From positions 3,296,001 through 3,360,000 of the forward strand of contig OY762209.1 of assembly GCA_963665295.1 (NCBI GenBank): 64,000 nucleotides of DNA. The letters run 5' to 3'. This stretch comes from Syntrophorhabdaceae bacterium (GTDB taxonomy: Bacteria; Desulfobacterota; Syntrophorhabdia; Syntrophorhabdales; Syntrophorhabdaceae). Of this stretch, positions 49,770-59,760 are shown in pieces; positions within the stretch are counted from its first letter, which is position 1; the number at the start of each line of letters is the position of its first letter. The notes under the pieces are model-generated. The model was not told the origin of the DNA and searched no databases. It was given only the letters and a program-made list of their open reading frames with translations. A program made the translations under genes and the position numbers.

Positions 49770-50927
49770 CTATGCGATCATTTCCAGGAAAGCTTCAATC
49801 CTGGTTTTCATCCGGGCCAGAGTGGAGGTGGAATATTCATCCTCCAGATAGAGCACCGATGCTCCTTGAGATTCGACGAAAGTCTTGATCGCCGGAACTT
49901 CGAAGCCGTAGGGGTCGCAGTATTTGTAGATGAAGAGAATGACGCCGTCTACCTTGAAGTCTCCTATGTAATTTTTCAAATGGCCGTACCGTGATTCCAG
50001 GATTTCCTGGTACGTGTCGCCCGCGCCTACGAAGGTCGTGGGTATCTTCAGTTTTGTGAGGTATCTCTCCGCGATGCCCTGGACAGGGTCGGGTGTTGCA
50101 TCGACATCATTCCAGTACATTTTGCTTCCAATCGATATGTCATCCATAACGAGATATGCGCCCGTGCCCTCGATTGTCTGGATGACCGCCAGATCGTCGA
50201 TCTGGTCGCCCAGGAGCATAATCCGTTTCCCTTTTGCGCCTGCAGGTGCGGGTCTCGCTTTTACCTCTTCCGTGACGCTCCGGATGAGAGCACTTGACTC
50301 GTCAACGGGGAGACTCATGGCGGCCACGAGGACCTCCATCATCTCGGAACCCGAGATAAGGGGTGGATTTGACTGTCTCAAAGCATAAAGGTCTCTCATG
50401 AGACGCCTGTTCTCATTGTGGGCCTTCACCGCCTCTGTGATCATCGCATCCGTTATCTTTTTGCCGGTAAATTTTTCCAAAGTGCCGATGAATATCCGGA
50501 GAATGTCTTTCATGAACTCTACCGAAGGCGCATCGGTGACGTGAGGTACGTTCAGGAAGTGCCAATACGGCAACTTCAAGGTGTCGGCCCACACATCATC
50601 GGTTCTGTCGATGCTGTCACATTGGTGAGGCAGCACCATGCCGTCAAGGAAGTCATATTTTCCCTTTACGGCTGCATCGAAGACGTTACGCACAAAGGGA
50701 CAGACTATGGTTTCCATATAGGCGTCGCCTTTTGTGATGGCTTCAGACACATTGCCCTTCAAACGAAGAGGCACTATACCCGCAGCCGTAATGATCTCCA
50801 CCGGACCCAGGGCGGTCAGATAGCCGATCACCTGTTTCCCGGAGGCTTTCAACTCCCGTGCCCTTGATCCGTAATCCGTGTAGTACTTCTTGGCCTTTGC
50901 TAAACCGCTTTCCGCTTGTTGTGTCAT
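49770..50927 (-). CDS. 2-hydroxyacyl-CoA dehydratase / class I benzoyl-CoA reductase subunit (BzdN-like)
   Basis: PVEII.AAG.VP, VCPFVR, HQCD, KYCDP, TRIEAFLEM. Confidence 0.8.
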   Translation of the reverse strand: MTQQAESGLAKAKKYYTDYGSRARELKASGKQVIGYLTALGPVEIITAAGIVPLRLKGNVSEAITKGDAYMETIVCPFVRNVFDAAVKGKYDFLDGMVLPHQCDSIDRTDDVWADTLKLPYWHFLNVPHVTDAPSVEFMKDILRIFIGTLEKFTGKKITDAMITEAVKAHNENRRLMRDLYALRQSNPPLISGSEMMEVLVAAMSLPVDESSALIRSVTEEVKARPAPAGAKGKRIMLLGDQIDDLAVIQTIEGTGAYLVMDDISIGSKMYWNDVDATPDPVQGIAERYLTKLKIPTTFVGAGDTYQEILESRYGHLKNYIGDFKVDGVILFIYKYCDPYGFEVPAIKTFVESQGASVLYLEDEYSTSTLARMKTRIEAFLEMIA

Positions 50928-51007
50928 GGTTAACTCCCCTTATGTACCCCCAGATTCATAACTGATGATTGGGGGGTAATGTGATGCGTATTGCCGCGCC
51001 CAAAGAA

Positions 51008-51074
51008 GTTTTGTGTAGAAAACACTGTTTTATACCCGAAAACAATCTTACTTAAGGAGGGATAAGTTTGTCAA
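51008..51074 (-). promoter_or_regulatory. sigma70 promoter plus operator for the reductase-like operon
   Basis: TTGACA (51074-51069)-18-TAAGAT (51050-51045); operator GTATAAAACAGTGTTTTCTACACAAAAC (51035-51008). Confidence 0.65.
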
Positions 51075-51337
51075 CAAAAATCTGCGCGAAAAATGTAAAA
51101 AAACACGGCAATAATTATTTTGTCAAAAAGAATTCGGCGAAAGCGAAAAACCATGTTTTATAACAGAAAAGGGGTCATGATTCCAGTTTTTTTCAGAGAC
51201 CGTAATGTTTTAAAAAAAGGATGATTGAGTACACGAAAAACTTGGCGATGGGCGACAATAGGCGTTTATGAAAAATGGTCTGTATACGAAAGGTCCGGAC
51301 CCCTGCTCCGGGGAGCCGTTCGGGTTATTTTTTTCTG

Positions 51338-51403
51338 TTGACAAACAAAAATCGTTCCGATAGTATCATTTTGATATACAAAACATAGTTTACCAGACAA
51401 AAC
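51338..51403 (+). promoter_or_regulatory. sigma70 promoter plus operator for iorAB
   Basis: TTGACA-17-TAGTAT (51338-51366); operator ATACAAAACATAGTTTACCAGACAAAAC (51376-51403). Confidence 0.7.
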
Positions 51404-51625
51404 CATGGAGGCGGTGGGGGCCAATGCTTTTCCTCCATGAGGGGGCAGATCCATCCCTGGAATAGGAACGTATTTATTACGGTCGGGCTCAGGAATTCGG
51501 CACCGGGGGTTTGCCGATTCCTGATTCCGGGGAGGAAATAGAACTGGATGAAAGGAGGGTGATTCTCAGTTTCAGGGGACGGGAAGACAGTGCTTTTAAG
51601 AGGTTCTAAGCCGAAAGGAGGAAGG

Positions 51626-53446
51626 ATGAAGAAAATAATGCAGGGGAATGAGGCAATTGCCAGGGGAGCCTGGGAGGCCGGCGTGAATGCGGCCTGTGCC
51701 TATCCCGGAACGCCGAGCAGTGAGATTCTTGCAGAGATCAAAGATTACAAGGAGATTTACACGGAATGGTCCACTAACGAGAAGGTGGCTTTGGAAGTTG
51801 CCCACGGCGCCTCTCTTGCGGGAGGAAGGGCGATGGCGTGCATGAAGCATGTCGGACTCAACGTCGCCTCCGACCCCCTTATGACCATTTCCTACACGGG
51901 CGTGAAAGGCGGGCTTGTCGTGGTGGTAGCAGATGACCCCGGTCAGCACAGTTCACAGAATGAACAGGATAGCCGTCACTGGACCCGCTTTGGGAAAGTG
52001 CCCATGCTCGAGCCGGCGGACGCTCAGGAATGCAAGGATTTTACGAAGATCGCCTTTGATATCAGCGAGAAATTCGACACTCCCGTATTGCTTCGGAGCG
52101 AAACGCGAGTATCCCATTGCGATTCTCCGGTGAAAGAGGAAGAGAGAAAGGAGTCGACCATTCCCAAAGGACTTTCCCGCGAGGAGACGCCGAGACATGT
52201 TATGGTGCCCATGTATTCGAGGGTCAGCCGCGTCAAGGTGGAAGAGAGAATCGGAAAGCTGTCCGACTATAATGATACGGAATTCCCATACAACTCGATG
52301 GAGATCAACGATCCCTCGATCGGATTTATCTCGTCCGGCGCCTCGTATCTGTACACTAAAGAAGTTTTTCCGGAGTACTCGTTCCTGAAGTTGGGGATGA
52401 TCTGGCCGCTTCCGAAAAAGATGATTGCCGACTTCTTCAAGAAGGTGAAAAAGGTGGTGATCGTGGAAGAGCTTGACCCCTTCTTTGAAACAGAGATCAA
52501 GGCCATGGGTTTTAAGATATGGCATGGCAAAGACCTCCTGCCGAGTGTAAGCGAGTTGTCACCGAGCATCATCGAGAAATCGCTCAAGAAGGCGGTGCAG
52601 GGTGTGGCCTATAAGGAGCCCAAGGTAAGGGTAAAACAGGAGGACCTTCCCAGGAGACCGCCGAACCTTTGCGCAGGCTGCTCACACAGACCGCTTTTTT
52701 ATGCCCTTAAGAAACTGGGCGTTTTCGTTTTTGGAGACATCGGCTGTTATTCACTGGCTGTTGCGCCGCCCCTGTCGGCCATGCATGCGTCGACGTGTAT
52801 GGGCGCCGGTGTAGGAGGAGCTTACGGTGCGGGCAAGATTCTCGGCAAAGAAGGGCTCGGCAAGATATGCTGTGTCCTGGGCGATTCGACGTTCCTCCAT
52901 TCGGGACTTACCCCTCTTATGGATGCCGTATATAACAAGGGATACTCCACCACCATCATTCTCGACAATAGGATCACCGCAATGACGGGTCAGCAGGAGC
53001 ATCCGGGAACAGGGTTTACTATTCGGGGTGAGCCCACATCCATGGTGGACTACGAACAGTTGGTGAAAGCTGCGGGGGTGAAACATATAAGAAAGGTCAA
53101 CCCCTATGACATTAAAGAGACCATGGCCATAATCAAAGAGGAAATGTCAAGGGACGACGCGTCGGTCATCATCACGGAGAACAGCCCCTGCATGATGCTG
53201 CGCAGGGCCAACCCCCTGGAGAAATTCGAGAACCCCTTCTACGTGGTCAATAGCGACAAGTGCCGCGGCTGCAAGGTCTGTCTCGAAATCGGCTGCCCTG
53301 CCATAAGCTGGCAGGAAGGTGCGGGCACCACAGCGGACGGCCACAAGCGGAAAGGGACTGTTTATATTAACGTGGACCAGTGCGTCGGTTGCGGAGTATG
53401 CACCGAGGTATGTAAATTCGAGTCCATTCAGCCGGGCACGAAGTGA
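51626..53446 (+). CDS. iorA: indolepyruvate:ferredoxin oxidoreductase alpha subunit
   Basis: GNEAIARG, YPGTPSSEI, NEKVALE, MKHVGLNVA.D, SSQNEQD.R, RPP.LC.GC.HR, GDSTF.HSG, two C-terminal CxxCxxC ferredoxin motifs. Confidence 0.95.
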   Translation: MKKIMQGNEAIARGAWEAGVNAACAYPGTPSSEILAEIKDYKEIYTEWSTNEKVALEVAHGASLAGGRAMACMKHVGLNVASDPLMTISYTGVKGGLVVVVADDPGQHSSQNEQDSRHWTRFGKVPMLEPADAQECKDFTKIAFDISEKFDTPVLLRSETRVSHCDSPVKEEERKESTIPKGLSREETPRHVMVPMYSRVSRVKVEERIGKLSDYNDTEFPYNSMEINDPSIGFISSGASYLYTKEVFPEYSFLKLGMIWPLPKKMIADFFKKVKKVVIVEELDPFFETEIKAMGFKIWHGKDLLPSVSELSPSIIEKSLKKAVQGVAYKEPKVRVKQEDLPRRPPNLCAGCSHRPLFYALKKLGVFVFGDIGCYSLAVAPPLSAMHASTCMGAGVGGAYGAGKILGKEGLGKICCVLGDSTFLHSGLTPLMDAVYNKGYSTTIILDNRITAMTGQQEHPGTGFTIRGEPTSMVDYEQLVKAAGVKHIRKVNPYDIKETMAIIKEEMSRDDASVIITENSPCMMLRRANPLEKFENPFYVVNSDKCRGCKVCLEIGCPAISWQEGAGTTADGHKRKGTVYINVDQCVGCGVCTEVCKFESIQPGTK

Positions 53447-53451
53447 GGTGG

Positions 53452-54048
53452 ATGATGACAGATAATAATAAAGTAACCAATATATTTCTCTCCGGCGTAG
53501 GCGGCCAGGGTACGATTCTCGCCAGTAATATCCTCGCTGAGGTTTTTCTGAAGGCAGGGTACGATGTGAAAAAGAGTGAAGTCCACGGCATGGCCCAGAG
53601 AGGCGGGGACGTAACCACCCACTTCAGGTTCGGCAAGAAGGTATACTCGCCCCTCATCAAGTACGGCGATGTCGACTTTCTCCTCTCCTTCGAGCTTCTG
53701 GAAGCCCTGAGATACATCAACTGGGTAAAGCCGGAAGGCAAGATCATCATCAACAGGCAGGAGATCTATCCTCCCGGCGTAAACCTGGGAACGGCGAAGT
53801 ATCCTGACGATGTGGAAAAGACATTCAAGAAGTTTTTTAAGGAAAACGTTACTGTCCTGAACGGACAGGAAATGGCGCGGAAGCTCGGGAATACCCAGGC
53901 TGCAAACGTCATTCTTGTAGGCGCCTTTTCGAACTTCTTCCCCGAAATCAAGGAAGAACAGTTCATCGATGCCATCAAGACGCTTATGAAACCGAAGCTT
54001 CACGAACTGAACATAAAAGCATTTTATGAAGGAAGGGCGGCCCTCTGA
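53452..54048 (+). CDS. iorB: indolepyruvate:ferredoxin oxidoreductase beta subunit
   Basis: GVGGQG.ILAS, SEVHGMAQRGG.V, YSPLI, N.KAF..G. Confidence 0.95.
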   Translation: MMTDNNKVTNIFLSGVGGQGTILASNILAEVFLKAGYDVKKSEVHGMAQRGGDVTTHFRFGKKVYSPLIKYGDVDFLLSFELLEALRYINWVKPEGKIIINRQEIYPPGVNLGTAKYPDDVEKTFKKFFKENVTVLNGQEMARKLGNTQAANVILVGAFSNFFPEIKEEQFIDAIKTLMKPKLHELNIKAFYEGRAAL

Positions 54049-54069
54049 AAAGGGGCGGCCGGATTTCCC

Positions 54070-54135
54070 TTGACAGTAATGGAAGGGGAAAGTAGGATAG
54101 ATATGATATACAGAAAACGGTTGTGTAGACAAAAC
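54070..54135 (+). promoter_or_regulatory. sigma70 promoter plus operator for the IclR gene
   Basis: TTGACA-17-TAGGAT (54070-54098); operator ATACAGAAAACGGTTGTGTAGACAAAAC (54108-54135). Confidence 0.7.
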
Positions 54136-54161
54136 ACAACGGCGGGGTCACGGGCAGAGAA

Positions 54162-54980
54162 ATGATTGATGAGGATAAGAAAAAGGTTGAGTACACGTCA
54201 CTGGTCCCTGCCGTGGATCAGGCGTCAAGGATTCTCATCTGCCTGGCAAAGACACCGTCCTTCAAAATGAATCTCACGGACATCTGCAAGAATGTGGGCA
54301 TACACAAAAGCAAGGGGTATGCAATCCTGAAGACCCTTTTGAATTTCAAGTTTGTGGAGAGGGACGATGAAGGGAAAACCTACACTCTGGGGCCCGGTCT
54401 GATCTCCCTGTCGCGAAGGGTTCTTGACAATCTGGAGTACAGGGACAAAGCAGGACCATTTCTGGAAAGACTGGCCCGACAGACGAATGCAACCGCCACC
54501 TTCGGCATAATAAACGCAAGAAATTTCATTGTCATAGCAAAGCGCGAAGGGAGCAGGGAAGTCTTTTTGACCATAAGGGTGGGATACCGGCTCAGCATCA
54601 CCCATGGGGCGGTGGGGAAAGCCATCGTCTCATTTCTGCCGGAAGACGAACGTGAAGAGATATTGAAGCAGGAGCGTTTGCTCTTTCACGGAGATCCGTC
54701 GCGACTGGACCGCGGCAGACTGACGGCTGAGTTCGAGCGGTGCCGGAAGATAGGATACGCGACGGACCTGGGGGAGATGTTTCCCGGTCTCAACGCCATT
54801 GCCGCACCGGTTTTTGATCACGAGGGAAGACCTACGGGGGCATTGCTCGTCACCGGGGTCTTCCCCAAATCTTTGGCCCATGAGTATGGCTCGAGGATAG
54901 CCGCGTGTGCGAGGGATTTTTCGGTCACCCTCGGGGCGGACGTTGATGAAATTTACAGGATAGACAAGCACAAGGATTAA
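54162..54980 (+). CDS. IclR-family transcriptional regulator
   Basis: VPAVD.A.RIL, HTH LTDI..GIHKS..Y.IL.TL, YTLG, GAVGKA, GYA.D.GE..G..AIAAPVF. Confidence 0.92.
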   Translation: MIDEDKKKVEYTSLVPAVDQASRILICLAKTPSFKMNLTDICKNVGIHKSKGYAILKTLLNFKFVERDDEGKTYTLGPGLISLSRRVLDNLEYRDKAGPFLERLARQTNATATFGIINARNFIVIAKREGSREVFLTIRVGYRLSITHGAVGKAIVSFLPEDEREEILKQERLLFHGDPSRLDRGRLTAEFERCRKIGYATDLGEMFPGLNAIAAPVFDHEGRPTGALLVTGVFPKSLAHEYGSRIAACARDFSVTLGADVDEIYRIDKHKD

Positions 54981-55143
54981 GAAATAAAGGGGGCCGTCCT
55001 CATTGATGCCTTGAAGCGGCGCAATCGGTTGAGTGCGCCGTGCGTTGATATGGGGTCGGTATGAAGGAAATGAGTTTCCTTCTGATTTCCTATTATTGCA
55101 CGCGGAGCTTCATGGCTTCGCGAAATAAAAGGGGGTATAGAGC

Positions 55144-56727
55144 ATGAGCGATGTGAATATCCATATAGGCGAAATACTGGCCAGAAACGCCAGAATGTAT
55201 CCCGATGATATTGCCCTTATAGAAAGAGTGCCCGCCGAGAAGAAGAGAACCACCATCACGTGGCACGAATTCGACGTGAAGGTAAACCAGTTTGCAAATG
55301 TTCTCATTTCCAAGGGTATAAAAAAAGGTGACAAGGTCATGCACCTCATGAACAACTCCATTGACTGGCTCATTGCCTACTTTGGCGTGGTTCGCACAGG
55401 CGCGTGGATTGTGCCGCTTAACTTCCGTTTTACGAGTTCAGATATTAAATACTGTGCCGACGTGGCTGAACCCGACATCGTGGTGTTCGGCGAGGAATTT
55501 ACGGACAGGATAGAGCCCATAAAAGGCCAGTTGTCGACTGCCCGGGGCTTTATTTGCGTGGGGAAGGAGATTCCTGCCTTCGCTGAGTCCTTTGCCGCGC
55601 TCCTTGAGGGGGCACCCATCGATCAGCCGAAGGTTGACATCTTTTTCAGCGACCCCTGCGGACTCTATTTTACGTCCGGCACCACGGGTCAGCCAAAACC
55701 GATCCTTCTCACTCATTTGAACATGCAGAATGCGTGTATCACCGAAAATATGCACCACTACCAGACGAAGAAGGACCTGTTTATCCTTATGCCGCCCCTC
55801 TATCATACAGGGGCGAAGATGCACTGGTTCGGCAGTTTCATCGTAGGCGGACCGGCTGTGATACTCAAGGGCGTCTCTCCGGAGTGGACCCTGGAGGCGG
55901 TCAGCGAAGAGGGGGGCACGATTGTATGGCTCCTCGTTCCGTGGGCGCAGGATATACTGCTGAAACTGGACAGCGGCGAATTAAAACTGTCCGACTACAA
56001 CCTGTCTCAGTGGCGGCTTATGCACATAGGCGCCCAACCGGTGCCGCCGTCACTCATAAAGCACTGGAAGAAGTATTTCCCTGATATGCAATACGACACC
56101 ACGTATGGTTTGAGCGAATCCACCGGGCCGAACACGGTGCACCTGGGTATCGAAAATACCCATAAAGTCGGTGCGATCGGGCGTCCGGGTTTTAACTGGG
56201 AAACGCGGATTGTAGATGAAACCGGAAAGGATGTCGCTCCAGGGCAGTCCGGTGAGCTTATTGTCCGCGGCAACGGCGTGATGCGGGAGTATTACAAGAA
56301 CCCGGAAGCCACGGCGCGGGCCCTGATCGACGGTTGGCTTTACACCGGCGACATGGTGAGGCAGGACGAGGACGGGTTCATCTTCATTGTAGACCGGAAG
56401 AAGGACGTCATCATCTCGGGCGGGGAGAATGTTTTCCCTGTTGAAGTTGAAGATTATCTTCACGCGAACCCGGCGGTCAAGGATGTGGCCGCTATCGGCG
56501 TTCCGGACGAGCGACTCGGCGAGATCGTCGCAGTCGTGATTGACGTGGTGCCCGGCAAGACCTTGTCCGAACAGGAAGTGCTCGACTTTTGTCAGAAACT
56601 TCCGAAATACAAGAGGCCGCGCAAGGTCTTTTTTGGCGAGGTCCCGCGGAACCCTACGGGGAAAATAGAAAAAGTGAAACTCAGGAAACAATATATAGGC
56701 ATGGCCGAAGCGTTCACAATTAAGTGA
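55144..56727 (+). CDS. acyl/aryl-CoA ligase (ANL family)
   Basis: FTSGTTGQPK, PLYH, YGLSE, GWLYTGD, DRKKDVIISGGEN, PRNPTGK. Confidence 0.92.
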   Translation: MSDVNIHIGEILARNARMYPDDIALIERVPAEKKRTTITWHEFDVKVNQFANVLISKGIKKGDKVMHLMNNSIDWLIAYFGVVRTGAWIVPLNFRFTSSDIKYCADVAEPDIVVFGEEFTDRIEPIKGQLSTARGFICVGKEIPAFAESFAALLEGAPIDQPKVDIFFSDPCGLYFTSGTTGQPKPILLTHLNMQNACITENMHHYQTKKDLFILMPPLYHTGAKMHWFGSFIVGGPAVILKGVSPEWTLEAVSEEGGTIVWLLVPWAQDILLKLDSGELKLSDYNLSQWRLMHIGAQPVPPSLIKHWKKYFPDMQYDTTYGLSESTGPNTVHLGIENTHKVGAIGRPGFNWETRIVDETGKDVAPGQSGELIVRGNGVMREYYKNPEATARALIDGWLYTGDMVRQDEDGFIFIVDRKKDVIISGGENVFPVEVEDYLHANPAVKDVAAIGVPDERLGEIVAVVIDVVPGKTLSEQEVLDFCQKLPKYKRPRKVFFGEVPRNPTGKIEKVKLRKQYIGMAEAFTIK

Positions 56728-56852
56728 GTGGGAGGAAATATGCCCGTATGTTTTGTATACGGTAGGTTTTTCCTTGAGGTTGGACGAACCTTCTGGTTTA
56801 ATACATATGGGAGTATTTTGCAGCAACACAATAATATATTTTAGGGGGCGTT

Positions 56853-57872
56853 ATGAACAAAAAAGCAGCATTGGTATCGGTTCTAAGTGTCTTGGTTCTG
56901 TTCTTCTGCGTTGCCGTTTTTCCTACGGTTTCGTCGGCACAGAAGGCGATCGCGCTCAACTACTCAAACTTCTTCCCTGCTCCACACAAAGTAAGCATTA
57001 CATCCGAGCAGTGGTGCAAGGAGATAGAGAAGAGAACGAACGGTAAGGTAAAGTTCGCCTATTTCCCCGGCGGTACGCTTACCCCGGCAGCACAGACCTA
57101 TGACAACGTAGTAAAAGGGATTGCAGACGTCGGTTTCAGTGCCCTTGCATACACAAGGGGCAAATTCCCGCTTATGGAAGCTATAGACCTTCCACTGGGA
57201 TACAGGAGCGGCACACAGGCAACAAACCTGATCAACGCATTCTATTCAAAATTCAAACCGAAAGAACTTGACGACGTAAAGGTCCTTTATTTCAGTGCTC
57301 ATGGACCCGGCATCGTCCACTCCAAGAAGGCAATAGCAAAACTTGAAGACATGAAGGGTAAGAAGATACGGGCCACCGGCCTTGCCGCAAAGATAGTGGC
57401 AGCCCTCGGGGCAGCCCCTGTGGGCGCCACCATGCCTGAGACCTATGATGCGCTCCGCACGGGCGTTGTCGATGGTTCAATGGCTCCGTATGAAGCATTG
57501 AAGGGTTGGAAATGGGGCGAGGTCGTGAATTTCACGACCCAGGATTACGGCGCAGCATACACCACCGGTTTCTTCGTCGTCATGAACAAGGCAAAATGGA
57601 ACAGCCTTCCTCCCGATGTCCAGAAGGTATTCGACGAGGTAAGCAAAGAATGGATCGTGAGACAGGGTAAGGTATGGGATGAGATCGATAAGGAAGGACA
57701 TGAGTTTGCCAAGTCCAAGGGAATGAAGGACATTGCTCTTTCAAAAGAGGAAGATGCACGTTGGGCCGCAAAAGTAAGACCTCTCCTGGACGACTATGTA
57801 AAGTCGGCGAAAGGGAAGGGGCTTCCGGGCGACGAAGCATTGAAGTTCTGCCTCGATTTCCTGAAGCACTAG
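56853..57872 (+). CDS. TRAP transporter substrate-binding protein (DctP family)
   Basis: Signal peptide, IEKRT.GKV, D.KGKKIR, ALGA.PV, Y.AL.TGVVDG, VMNK..W.SLP. Confidence 0.9.
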   Translation: MNKKAALVSVLSVLVLFFCVAVFPTVSSAQKAIALNYSNFFPAPHKVSITSEQWCKEIEKRTNGKVKFAYFPGGTLTPAAQTYDNVVKGIADVGFSALAYTRGKFPLMEAIDLPLGYRSGTQATNLINAFYSKFKPKELDDVKVLYFSAHGPGIVHSKKAIAKLEDMKGKKIRATGLAAKIVAALGAAPVGATMPETYDALRTGVVDGSMAPYEALKGWKWGEVVNFTTQDYGAAYTTGFFVVMNKAKWNSLPPDVQKVFDEVSKEWIVRQGKVWDEIDKEGHEFAKSKGMKDIALSKEEDARWAAKVRPLLDDYVKSAKGKGLPGDEALKFCLDFLKH

Positions 57873-57940
57873 AAGATATGTTCGACCGGCTGCGCGGGTG
57901 AACCGGGCACAAGGCCTGTCGGAAGATTTGGTGAGTCGGC

Positions 57941-57978
57941 GGAGGGTCCATCGCTTCAGATGGACCCTCCCTTTTTTT
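57941..57978 (+). terminator. intrinsic terminator
   Basis: GGAGGGTCCATC-GCTTCA-GATGGACCCTCC followed by T7. Confidence 0.85.
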
Positions 57979-58325
57979 GTGTGGAAAGACCGGCGCCGGC
58001 AACAAAAGCGGTTTTTGCGAAAGAAGGGTGTCATAATTTGCCCGGACTTCCGCTCTTAAATGTTCATGGAATTATCACCAGGTGTTGAGGTTATCCCTTC
58101 CCTTTCTGAAAACTGATCATGTACCGCGATTGTATCGGCTTCCCTGTTGAGAAGAACGGTGAAGAGGCCCTCTTACGTCGATCCCGGAATGAAGGCCATC
58201 CTTTTGGCAGGGTACGAAGCGGAGCGTGTGGTGAAGGAAAGTGCCTGGACTACGGGTCCCCGGAACTGTAGTAGAACCTTACACCATTCAGGAAGTCGAA
58301 GGAATACTGAAACCGTGATAAGAAG

Positions 58326-58355
58326 TTGACATCTTCTACCCCGCGTGGTTACAAT
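58326..58355 (+). promoter_or_regulatory. sigma70 promoter of the riboswitch-ribB unit
   Basis: TTGACA-18-TACAAT just upstream of the riboswitch. Confidence 0.65.
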
Positions 58356-58361
58356 AGGCAA

Positions 58362-58510
58362 GAGCAGTTCTCAGGGCGGGGTGAGATTCCCCACCGGCGG
58401 TGATTTCGCGATAGCGCGAATAAGCCCGCGAGCGCCTGTTTAAGCGAACAGGGTCAGCAGACCCGGTGAGATTCCGGGGCCGACGGTAATAGTCCGGATG
58501 GGAGAGAACC
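58362..58510 (+). ncRNA. FMN riboswitch (RFN element)
   Basis: TCTCAGGGCGGGGTGAGATTCCCCACCGGCGGT..AGCCCGCGAGC..GCAGACCCGGTGAGATTCCGGGGCCGACGGT..AGTCCGGATGGGAGAGA, upstream of ribB. Confidence 0.97.
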
Positions 58511-58690
58511 ATAATATCCGTTTTATTCGATATGGCGGTTTCGATTTCTTTCTTTTTCTCTGTAAGCCCTGACGATAATTAAATTTGCTGCCGGTACCGG
58601 TTCGCCGTATGGAGCGGGTTACAGGAGAGTGCGTTTCCCCGCCCGTGAGTGATGGCATGAAGGTAACCGGCGCGCAGAAAAGGAGTCTCC

Positions 58691-59344
58691 ATGAATCAAT
58701 CGATGCTGTCACAATTCGGTGAATCAAAGGAACGCGTGGAAAGGGCTTTGGCCGCCCTGAGGAAAGGCAATGGGGTCCTGATCGTCGATGACGAGGACCG
58801 AGAGAATGAAGGGGATATCATCTATCCGGCGGAGACCATTACCGTGCCCCAAATGGCCTTGCTTATCAGGGAGTGCAGCGGGATTGTCTGCCTTTGCCTC
58901 ACGGACGAGAAGATCCGCGAACTGGGCTTGCCTGCAATGACGGATCACAATACAAACAGACATGAAACGGCCTTCACTGTCTCTATCGAGGCCCGGGAAG
59001 GGGTGACGACGGGAGTCTCCGCTTCCGACCGGGTTCAGACCATTCGCGCCGCCATACGAGAGGGGAGCGGTCCGGAAGACCTTTGTTGCCCGGGCCACGT
59101 ATTTCCGCTACGCGCCCGGCCGGGCGGAGTACTGTCCCGGCGCGGCCACACAGAGGGGACTGTCGATCTCATGCGTCTTGCGGGGTATACTCCCGCCGGA
59201 GTTCTCTGCGAGTTGACAAACCCCGACGGGACAATGGCCCGTCTGACAGAGGTGGTTCGTTTTGCGGCGACCCACGATATGACTGTCCTGACCATTGAGG
59301 ATATTGCCCGGTACAGGATGGGCGCCCTTGACAGAACAGGGTGA
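58691..59344 (+). CDS. ribB: 3,4-dihydroxy-2-butanone-4-phosphate synthase
   Basis: [45 protein letters not shown]...DGTMAR. Confidence 0.97.
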   Translation: MNQSMLSQFGESKERVERALAALRKGNGVLIVDDEDRENEGDIIYPAETITVPQMALLIRECSGIVCLCLTDEKIRELGLPAMTDHNTNRHETAFTVSIEAREGVTTGVSASDRVQTIRAAIREGSGPEDLCCPGHVFPLRARPGGVLSRRGHTEGTVDLMRLAGYTPAGVLCELTNPDGTMARLTEVVRFAATHDMTVLTIEDIARYRMGALDRTG

Positions 59345-59760
59345 GTCTACCGGCATGTTTGAAGCGTTGAACCGGACGATAACCGGAGGCTGGATTCACG
59401 GCGGTGCGATCCTCAGTATCGTGCTTGCGGTTACCGCTACAGTATAAGGACGTCTGAGAGCGAGTCTTACAATCCACATGATAGAGGTCCGTTTTTAATC
59501 CCAGGGCCTGCCGGAAAAGAGGTTTTGCCTGCCGCCGGGGGTCGTAATCAAACCTAATCCTCTCTCCGGGAGACGTCAAGACTGCGGTCGTGGCGGGATT
59601 TTCGGCAAGCAAAATCTGTCATGTCCCGCAAGGCAGAAAGGAGTGATACTGGTTTTAAGGGACCACCCTGTAGTATAATTAGGGGTCAACCACGGCTAAA
59701 GTCCCGTGGAACAGAACGGGAATGCCTGTTGTATCTCCGGCCCCCAAGGAGTATTGACTA

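Noticed and set aside
57980..58320. Unexplained intergenic stretches (also 59345-59680 and 26050-26400) as ncRNAs or small genes
   Set aside because: Only short ORFs without RBS support and no recognisable RNA motif; cannot be supported without a search.
59685..59710. GTCAACCACGGCTAAAGTCCCGTGG resembling IS200/IS605 end hairpins
   Set aside because: Short partial match right after a TATAAT box; no tnpA/tnpB/iscB or further RNA scaffold nearby.
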